This document shows, in pieces, positions 1-6,054 of a stretch of 37,720 nt of DNA (its first letter is position 1; the number at the start of each line of letters is the position of its first letter). The notes beneath the pieces are model-generated. The model searched no databases, had not been told where the DNA came from, and worked only from the letters and a program-made list of their open reading frames with translations. The DNA comes from a virus. Where the stretch lies: positions 1 to 37,720 of IMG/VR virus record IMGVR_UViG_3300028601_000010. One strand, 5' to 3'. The position numbers were made by a program, and so were the translations under genes.

Positions 1-127
1 CTTATTACGGGAGTTCCCATCGTCTGCATTTCAGATACAACTTCTTTCAGGTGTTCTTCATCGTAGTACCCATGTAATAGTATTACTGTTGTCATTTTGT
101 CTTTCCTCTACTTACTATATTAGCTTC
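1..127. repeat. Terminal direct repeat copy 1, identical to 37594..37720. Most simply a circular-assembly overlap; unique genome length 37593 bp.
   Basis: Bases 1-127 match bases 37594-37720 base for base. The repeat cuts through the 5' end of minus-strand CDS 37353..37688, so the window wraps. Confidence 0.95.
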
Positions 128-129
128 TA

Positions 130-143
130 AAGTATATATACTT
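130..143 (-). promoter_or_regulatory. BRE/TATA-like promoter palindrome AAGTATATATACTT driving 37353..37688 across the circular junction
   Basis: 14-nt palindrome with an ATAGATA flank on the upstream side, followed by a conserved GAAGCTAATATAGTAAG block and an AGGAAA SD before the ATG. Confidence 0.7.
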
Positions 144-157
144 ATCTATCCCAATGG

Positions 158-181
158 ATTAAATTATAAGATTTTAATATT
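158..181. promoter_or_regulatory. 24-nt site attaaattataagattttaatatt: A/T arms around an asymmetric 9-nt core TTATAAGAT, inside IR-L
   Basis: Identical 24-mer at 20344..20367 in the same absolute orientation, although all flanking IR sequence is inverted. Confidence 0.8.
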
Positions 182-312
182 TGTTTATAATGAGGAGTTA
201 GAAAATATTCGGGGCTCAAATTGAGCCGCTTTTGTCTATCTACCACTATACTACTAGTATATTATATATATATATATTATTATATATAATAATAGTAGTG
301 TGTATTACTGTG

Positions 313-354
313 TGGGTAGGGGTGGTCAAACCCACCCCCGCCCAGCCCCCGGAG
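313..354. other. GC island in IR-L with four C-runs on the plus strand (331..350), giving G-quadruplex or i-motif potential, plus hairpin GGGGTGG/CCACCCC
   Basis: The sequence gggtaggggtggtcaaacccacccccgcccagcccccgg is embedded in otherwise extremely AT-rich sequence. It lies next to a 38-nt pure A/T tract (257..294). Confidence 0.7.
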
Positions 355-529
355 ACGAGTGTCGTAAAAAGTTATAATTTAATATTTTTGGAAAAAATTG
401 GAGACCATACTAAACCCCAATCACCGAAAGGAGCCCAGTATGAACCCGCCTTATTTTATAATACCTTGTTGTTTTTTATTATTTTTAATTATAAATAAAT
501 AATTTAAGAGGTGGTTGTGAAAAGTGGAA

Positions 530-817
530 TTATTTGATTGATCTTTTTGATATCTCCTCCGTGATGTTTGCGTATGTCTGTCTCCACAAGGGGGCGTCTA
601 TTGACGGACTCCCAAGATTGCCCCGTTCAGTTTCCCGCTCAATGTCATCTCTAATGACCTTGAGAGTATTATCTGTCAGGTCATGCAATCGGGTATTGAT
701 GATCTTACATACATCATGCGGGGCATATGTCATACGCCCGATGGCATACCGCTCAGCGTAAATCAGGATATCCTCAAAAACAAACCGTGAGAGGGTCACG
801 GGATCGTAATGATTCAT
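530..817 (-). CDS. Hypothetical protein (95 aa)
   Basis: ORF 530..835. I moved the start to Met7 because it gives an ATGA stop/start overlap with 814..1245 and has GGAGG 5 nt upstream. No motif recognised. Confidence 0.6.
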   Translation of the reverse strand: MNHYDPVTLSRFVFEDILIYAERYAIGRMTYAPHDVCKIINTRLHDLTDNTLKVIRDDIERETERGNLGSPSIDAPLWRQTYANITEEISKRSIK

Positions 818-1245
818 TTCGCCCTCCACCTCCACAGTTTACACTTCATACCCGCGGATACGCTCATAGGCTCACTGGCGCGTTTTACGACGCTTTGGTT
901 GTCGGATGACTCTCTTATCAGGCAACCGCCATAAAACGCGCTGTAGGCCTCACAGTTGACGCACGTGTCACTGTAGATATACACGCCGCTTTCCGTTATG
1001 GTTTGTTTCCGCTTTGGGGTGACCCTGAGGGGGTCGTTTGGGTATGATGGTTCGATTTTAACGACTATCTCTTTTTTCTTTATGTTCTCGCGTTCTGGCT
1101 GTCTTACCCTAGTTTTATTAAGTTCACTCCTACACGATTTGCACCAAGCCTGTAACCCGTCACTACGTGATTTATTTTTAGTGTACTCACTCAGTGGCAA
1201 TTCTCTCCTACATTTCGTGCATTTTTTAGTTAACTCTTCTGTCAT
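814..1245 (-). CDS. Zinc-ribbon protein, paralog A
   Basis: The N-terminal CTKCRRELPLSEY..DGLQAWCKSC motif is shared with the adjacent 1249..1674. Confidence 0.7.
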   Translation of the reverse strand: MTEELTKKCTKCRRELPLSEYTKNKSRSDGLQAWCKSCRSELNKTRVRQPERENIKKKEIVVKIEPSYPNDPLRVTPKRKQTITESGVYIYSDTCVNCEAYSAFYGGCLIRESSDNQSVVKRASEPMSVSAGMKCKLWRWRAK

Positions 1246-1248
1246 GAT

Positions 1249-1674
1249 TTATGTCTCCTTTTTGATACGTTCAATCTCTTTAGCATACTTTGATTTGTGG
1301 GATTTACGCAAAGATTCAACTCGGCATTCTTTCGAACAAAACCGGGGTAAAATCCCACGTTGTTCATAATTCCAATCGACATTAGACTTACTTCTCCTGA
1401 ACTCTTTCCCGCACACTTCACATGTAAATAATTCAAATTGCGCCCCCCGCCCCCCTACACGTGGGCAAGATGGTTTAGTTATACATGTATAATATTTGTG
1501 CCGGTGGGTTAGCGCGTCTGATCGATGTGTTTTATACCTAATTACATTATATTCTCTGACGCATGTTTTGCACCAAGGGATGAGTCCATCTTTAGTTGCT
1601 TTTTGTTTGGAAAACTCACTCAATGGTAACTCCCGCCCGCATTTTGTACATACTTTAGTTTTCTCTTCTGTCAT
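1249..1674 (-). CDS. Multi-zinc-finger protein, paralog B
   Basis: Start at Met24 of ORF 1249..1743, giving an ATGA overlap with the upstream stop. Motifs are CTKCGRELPLSEF..DGLIPWCKTC and CEVCGKEF..RFCSKEC. The latter finger type recurs in the intein HNH ORF. Confidence 0.7.
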   Translation of the reverse strand: MTEEKTKVCTKCGRELPLSEFSKQKATKDGLIPWCKTCVREYNVIRYKTHRSDALTHRHKYYTCITKPSCPRVGGRGAQFELFTCEVCGKEFRRSKSNVDWNYEQRGILPRFCSKECRVESLRKSHKSKYAKEIERIKKET

Positions 1675-1925
1675 TTTATCTGGGTTCCTAAAAATTCTTG
1701 GTATTCCCGGTATTTTTTTACGGATGGACGCCATGTTGAACACAGTGTTTTATTAGTGACGTTTTTCCCCATTACTTTCATGGGGAACGTGTCAATATCC
1801 CCCGTTAAGATCTCGCGTAAGGGGATTTTTGGAATGATCCGATTCATCGCATTATCGCATCGAATAGCTGTCCCGTGTGAATATGATTGGACTTTCGTCA
1901 TAAATTCGTAAAAAGATAAGGTCAT
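1671..1925 (-). CDS. Hypothetical protein (84 aa)
   Basis: ORF 1671..1970 trimmed to Met16, which forms an ATGA overlap with the stop of 1922..2110. Confidence 0.5.
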   Translation of the reverse strand: MTLSFYEFMTKVQSYSHGTAIRCDNAMNRIIPKIPLREILTGDIDTFPMKVMGKNVTNKTLCSTWRPSVKKYREYQEFLGTQIK

Positions 1926-2110
1926 TCTGGAAATACCTCGTATATTTCGGTACATGTTTTCCGGGAACACCCGACTTTAATTTTAGGTTTCGTCAGTGCG
2001 GATATAGGTTCATACTCGCACGAAAATACACGAGACGGGCAATTCAGGCACATGTGATAATACAAATCAGTTCGCATGTGATACGTTGTTTTTGTTCGTT
2101 TCTCTTTCAT
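1922..2110 (-). CDS. Small Cys-containing protein (62 aa), first gene of the operon
   Basis: The first codon of ORF 1922..2131 is GTG. The ATG at 2110 has GGAG about 10 nt upstream. Contains CLNC. Confidence 0.5.
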   Translation of the reverse strand: MKEKRTKTTYHMRTDLYYHMCLNCPSRVFSCEYEPISALTKPKIKVGCSRKTCTEIYEVFPE

Positions 2111-2167
2111 TTTTTGTTTGCTCCGTGTCACCTTAATTAAAAAGTAACATACTATAATTAGATTCTT

Positions 2168-2181
2168 AAGTATATATACTT
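2168..2181 (-). promoter_or_regulatory. Promoter palindrome for the minus operon 2110 to 530
   Basis: Exact AAGTATATATACTT. The downstream block GAATCTAATTATAGTAT is the same as at the 5803 promoter. Confidence 0.65.
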
Positions 2182-2189
2182 TGCTTAAT

Positions 2190-2310
2190 AGCTTAGAGAT
2201 TTTACTTCTTCGAGGTTTTTGAATCTAAGAGATTTATTTATTCTTCGAGGTTTTTTGTATCTTCGAGGTTTTTGTATCTAAGAGATTTATTCCTTATTCG
2301 AGGTTTTTGC
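2190..2310 (-). repeat. Iteron array A: 4 copies of CTTCGAGGTTTTT interleaved with 2-3 copies of (A)TCTAAGAGATTT
   Basis: 13-mers at 2208-2220, 2243-2256, 2261-2273 and 2296-2308. TCTAAGAGAT at 2224-2235 and 2276-2288, with a variant at 2191-2204. The array lies immediately upstream, in the transcription sense, of the 2168 promoter. Confidence 0.9.
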
Positions 2311-2360
2311 ATTAACGTCGATTAAAAAAGGGGAGTTGTGTTATCCAGAATCCCAGTCAA

Positions 2361-2852
2361 TCATAACAGCGGATCCCGGCCGGCTCGTTTTGTGAGCCAC
2401 ATGTAGTATTTCGTCTGCCAGAACGGGATATCGACCGGCGCACCGAACACACGCCAGATGTGCCATAAGATACGCTCTAACGGTGTCTGCCAGTCTGCGG
2501 CGAGGATAACCATATCATCTGCCGGCTGACCCACTGCATGAAGCAGTTCGTGCCAGATGCGGAGCGTGATAATCTCGTCTGTATCCTCATCTCTCACTCT
2601 GATACTCACCCGCATATGATACGCCCCACCGAGGGCCAATGCGGGAATATCGTCATCGAAAATATACACATCACCCTCGTGTATCGGCATAGGAAACCCG
2701 TTCCAGATCGGGTCGGATGCGTCGCCGATTGATACGGTGGGAGTGTCAATGCGGATGTGAGAGATATCAAAAAAAAGGGGCAAATTTGGGAGGAGTTTGT
2801 AGACTCGCCAATAAACGTTTTCGTTTTGACAGTAGACGCTAAAGGCCGGCAT
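2361..2852 (-). CDS. Hypothetical protein with an HExxH motif (possible zinc metallopeptidase)
   Basis: The motif WHELLHAVGQPAD. The gene is clear but the function rests on this motif alone. Confidence 0.5.
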   Translation of the reverse strand: MPAFSVYCQNENVYWRVYKLLPNLPLFFDISHIRIDTPTVSIGDASDPIWNGFPMPIHEGDVYIFDDDIPALALGGAYHMRVSIRVRDEDTDEIITLRIWHELLHAVGQPADDMVILAADWQTPLERILWHIWRVFGAPVDIPFWQTKYYMWLTKRAGRDPLL

Positions 2853-2855
2853 GGT

Positions 2856-3359
2856 TTAGTTGGATATTGCCGTTATCGGCGCACCTGCCGCGCGGTTGCA
2901 TGCCGCATAGACACTATTGGCCGACATTAAAACGAACATGCCATACGAGATAAATGCGCTATCGCATGTAGTATCCACGTCGCCATCGTGATCTTCTACG
3001 ATGATGCCATACTCCACAATCCCCTTGCTTTCCATAAGGTCAATGGTTGCCCGGAGTCCGCGCTCATTAACTGCCGCGCCGCCAGCAACAAGCTGTTTGT
3101 AAAGCTGGGCATAAATCTCGTCCGACATTTTCCATGTCCGCGCCGGAATATTGTTCAGCTGTTTCGTCTGGGATTCGGTCTGCGGGACTTCGGGGTCAAA
3201 TAAATCAACGATTGTATTATACCCGTCAAGGGCAACAGACAGTGCGCCGGACAGATCTTTGTTCTTATACTTCTCAATCACTGCGGCGACAACGCCCAAA
3301 ACAGTGGTAATAATAGTAATAACCAACCCGATTGAGGTTGGGTCAAAAAGTGTTTCCAT
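2856..3359 (-). CDS. Membrane-anchored protein of unknown function
   Basis: N-terminal hydrophobic helix IGLVITIITTVLGVVAAVI. The gene is tightly packed with its neighbours. Confidence 0.7.
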   Translation of the reverse strand: METLFDPTSIGLVITIITTVLGVVAAVIEKYKNKDLSGALSVALDGYNTIVDLFDPEVPQTESQTKQLNNIPARTWKMSDEIYAQLYKQLVAGGAAVNERGLRATIDLMESKGIVEYGIIVEDHDGDVDTTCDSAFISYGMFVLMSANSVYAACNRAAGAPITAISN

Positions 3360-3425
3360 AGAGGTATATTACCTCCATGAATGCTTAATAGTTTCGTCCG
3401 TGGATGACGATACTGTCACCTCCTA

Positions 3426-4811
3426 TCATTTTTTGATCTGTTTATGCTCCGACGTCCTTACCACTCCTTTTGAGTCTGTCAGGGGTATCTGATAGACGTT
3501 CAGGGGGCGGCCACGTTTCGAGTTGTCTTGTACACATTCAACCCCACAATCTTCCAGATAATCGCTTATCAACTTCCAATCGTTGGAGTTTACATTAATA
3601 CCGCTATTCTTGATCTCTTCCCTCGTGGCTGACAGGTTGCCGTTGACATGCAACAGATTGTATATTGCTTCTCCCTGCCGGACTATCCGCGGGGGATATG
3701 TCTGGCGTTCCGCCTGATATTTTTTCATGACCTTGTTACTCTTCCCGGCAATTTCAAGAGCGTCTGACATGGCTTCCTGAGTAATAATAACCCCGTTGTT
3801 TCGGATGCTTGATACAGTCTGCATGCTCTTATACGGCTGGTTCAGGAGAGATAACACAATAGCCAGCCGTTTCGCTTTGTCTAAATGACGGGTATGTAAG
3901 GTCTTTTCTATGATATCCTCACACTCCAAGGTCAGTTTCTGCTGATTCCGGTCTAATTCCTTGAGGTTGAGCTTTCCGGGTTCCAGACTGCATTTAACCG
4001 GTTCTTTAAGCGGGGCGTTGTAATCGCTTAACTTCACATACTCCGCGCCTTCCATCCGGCTGACATAGTTTCCGCCTAAAAATAACACCTCGGCGATACG
4101 ATCAAATACACGATATGGAAGTCGGGTGTCCTTAAGCTGATAATCGACCACTGCTTCGGGGATGTAAAAAAACATATACCGGGACATATCCCCTGACTCA
4201 AAGTTCTCTTCGCAGAGGATTTCCGACATCTGGCTGTGTGTTCCAAAGCCCAAGAGGGTCATTGCCGGGCGGATAATTATTTGTTCCCGGTCGGTATCAT
4301 TATTGGGAGTGTTCCGTTTGTCCTTCGAGTATTTTTTGGGTCTCATCGACATATCAGACAGGGTGTATGCTTTTGTCAGCGCGACAAGAGCCGTTTTCCC
4401 GATGATATCAGACGCGAGATTGGCCAGCGTTCTTCCAAACTCATCTACACACATAATGGCTTGTGGTTGGGATACAATCGCCGAATGCACGCCGGCATCT
4501 GAGGAAAAAGACGACCCGTTCATAATCAGTCCCGGGCAGTGAATATCATCACTCCATCGCGTGATCATTTTTTCAAGGTCAGCTTTTCCGCTTCCAGACG
4601 CGCCAAACACCACAACATACACATTTGAGTATGACCCATCAAATACAAAATTCCGTGAACATATCCCCGCCCCAAACACAAGAGCCGACAGATACGCACT
4701 GATACGGTGTGGGCGATATGCGTTCTCAAGAAAATTATTCGCGAGATCTGCAAGGACGCCTCTAAGGACTGGCAACCCCTCCAAAATAAACTCGTCATTC
4801 TGGCTTGCCAT
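3426..4811 (-). CDS. P-loop NTPase, DUF3987-like putative replicative helicase
   Basis: Walker A VVFGASGSGKA and Walker B-like IMCVDEFG. GGAGA SD. Size and replication-module context fit. Confidence 0.7.
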   Translation of the reverse strand: MASQNDEFILEGLPVLRGVLADLANNFLENAYRPHRISAYLSALVFGAGICSRNFVFDGSYSNVYVVVFGASGSGKADLEKMITRWSDDIHCPGLIMNGSSFSSDAGVHSAIVSQPQAIMCVDEFGRTLANLASDIIGKTALVALTKAYTLSDMSMRPKKYSKDKRNTPNNDTDREQIIIRPAMTLLGFGTHSQMSEILCEENFESGDMSRYMFFYIPEAVVDYQLKDTRLPYRVFDRIAEVLFLGGNYVSRMEGAEYVKLSDYNAPLKEPVKCSLEPGKLNLKELDRNQQKLTLECEDIIEKTLHTRHLDKAKRLAIVLSLLNQPYKSMQTVSSIRNNGVIITQEAMSDALEIAGKSNKVMKKYQAERQTYPPRIVRQGEAIYNLLHVNGNLSATREEIKNSGINVNSNDWKLISDYLEDCGVECVQDNSKRGRPLNVYQIPLTDSKGVVRTSEHKQIKK

Positions 4812-4814
4812 GGT

Positions 4815-4961
4815 TCATTTCTCCGTCTTTTTCGATCTAAAATATTCCCAAAGACAGGTCTCGATACACGCAGACCGGGAATAAATACCGCGTTCCACAT
4901 CAATCATCTCAATGATTCGGTCACTGAGATAAATAGAGTAATTATCTTTCTTAATACTCAT
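4815..4961 (-). CDS. Ribbon-helix-helix (CopG/Arc-like) regulator, 48 aa, absent from the ORF track
   Basis: Hand translation gives MSIKKDNYSIYLSDRIIEMIDVERGIYSRSACIETCLWEYFRSKKTEK. This has a beta-strand then two-helix pattern with the SRS..I motif. The gene is leaderless and its stop is 3 nt before the helicase ATG. Confidence 0.6.
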   Translation of the reverse strand: MSIKKDNYSIYLSDRIIEMIDVERGIYSRSACIETCLWEYFRSKKTEK

Positions 4962-4983
4962 AGGTATATATTAGACTCTAATA

Positions 4984-4991
4984 GTATATAA
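4984..4991 (-). promoter_or_regulatory. TATA-like box (TTATATAC on the minus strand) for the leaderless RHH-helicase operon
   Basis: 22 nt separate the box from the ATG at 4961, placing the box centre about 26 nt upstream. No SD is present. Confidence 0.5.
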
Positions 4992-5029
4992 TAGTAATTA
5001 TTTGTGAAAGTGGGTTAAAAAAGAGAAGT

Positions 5030-5803
5030 TTAGAATATGCCTTTTTGTTCGATACTTTTATTAGCGATATCGACATACTCCTGAGATATCTCAAACCCGA
5101 TATACTTTCTTCCCGTTTCAATTGCCATCTTTGCAGTAGTGCCTGACCCGATAAAAGGATCTAAGATAATATCCCCCGGATTGCTCCATGATAATATATG
5201 ATCCTTTGCTAGATGTTCTGGGAATCTCGCAGGGTGCATACTCTTCCCATTTGCTGGCGGTATTTTCCAAATATTAAACCTCATACCATATTCACCAACT
5301 ATATTCCCTGTGGCTGAATTATACACTGTATTTCCATCAGGATTTCTAATAGTTCCATGAATTTTACATCCTGCATATTTATTCTTACGGTCTTTAATGG
5401 GATTGAATGTTTTCGGAAGTCCTTTACTAAACACAAACATATATTCAAAAATTGAAAAATATCGTTGTTTTATTCCCCCAACGTTAGAACATTGTGGTTT
5501 CTGCCATATCATAGTATCATGCAGATTAAACCCACAATCCATAAAATACAAGGCCTGCCTGAATGACGTTCCAGTTTCACTTCCATTTATGGTAGCATCC
5601 CCAACAACCCATACAACGACACCACCAACCTTTGTAACGCGGAATAGTTCTTTTGCCAATCCTTCAAAATCCCATGTAAACCCGTTATAGGTTCGAAGAT
5701 TGTCATACGGTGGGCTGGTCACCGTTAAATCAATACAATCATCATCTAACTGTTTTATCAAAGTCAGATTGTCGCCACAATATACTTTGTTTAAATCTAA
5801 CAT
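5030..5803 (-). CDS. Orphan beta-class DNA methyltransferase (N4-cytosine/N6-adenine family; the SPPY motif favours N4-C)
   Basis: Motif IV TSPPY near the N-terminus and motif I DPFIGSGTT near the C-terminus. No adjacent restriction endonuclease gene. Confidence 0.9.
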   Translation of the reverse strand: MLDLNKVYCGDNLTLIKQLDDDCIDLTVTSPPYDNLRTYNGFTWDFEGLAKELFRVTKVGGVVVWVVGDATINGSETGTSFRQALYFMDCGFNLHDTMIWQKPQCSNVGGIKQRYFSIFEYMFVFSKGLPKTFNPIKDRKNKYAGCKIHGTIRNPDGNTVYNSATGNIVGEYGMRFNIWKIPPANGKSMHPARFPEHLAKDHILSWSNPGDIILDPFIGSGTTAKMAIETGRKYIGFEISQEYVDIANKSIEQKGIF

Positions 5804-5822
5804 ATACTATAATTAGATTCGA

Positions 5823-5836
5823 AAGTATACATACTT
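5823..5836 (-). promoter_or_regulatory. Promoter palindrome variant AAGTATACATACTT for the leaderless methyltransferase gene
   Basis: Exactly 19 nt between the palindrome and the ATG at 5803, placing the palindrome centre at -26. No SD is present. Confidence 0.7.
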
Positions 5837-6054
5837 AATCAAAAGAGTTGAGGGTTTGGGGCAGAAGAAAGACCCTTGCGATGTATGGCAACGTGTTATT
5901 AGGTATCCTTAAGGTGTGTGGTATCTATGGCAAAGTGGAGATGTCCCGTTATACGTGTCATTATGGATAGGAGGTGGTGTAAGATGTTCCCCATTTCCTC
6001 AACAAATGATAATTGGTGTGGGATATATTAATCCTTTCGGTAAAAAAAGAGGGA

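Larger units (their letters stand above)
93..500 (-). repeat. IR-L: ~410-bp intergenic module. Read on the minus strand it contains a T-run terminator region, GC island, pure A/T tract, stem-loop, 9-9-9 near-palindrome, BRE/TATA promoter, and 5'UTR + SD + ATG. Inverted partner of 20021..20428.
   Basis: The reverse complement of 20021..20428 aligns block by block. Examples: 93-120 equals rc of 20401-20428 exactly, and the blocks gtattactgt, ttagaaaatattcg and gccttattttataata are shared. Variable blocks lie between the conserved ones. Confidence 0.9.

Noticed and set aside
1-127. 127-nt direct terminal repeat as a genuine virion DTR
   Set aside because: The length equals a common maximal assembler k-mer. 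The join restores a gene and promoter. The terminase type is consistent with headful packaging. It cannot be fully excluded without read-terminus analysis.
232-498. 88-aa plus-strand ORF inside IR-L
   Set aside because: Its translation is low-complexity (YIYILLYIII, then Pro-rich) and is produced by the (TA) tract and the C-run island. It has no SD, starts at a non-ATG (TTG) codon, and lies entirely in the conserved regulatory repeat. The equivalent frame is not preserved in IR-R.
2190-2310. Possible CRISPR array (also 21847..21988)
   Set aside because: The repeat units are 11-13 nt and abut each other or alternate with a second repeat. There are no unique spacers of 25-40 nt, no leader and no cas genes. 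The inverted duplicate placement upstream of promoters fits protein-binding iterons instead.
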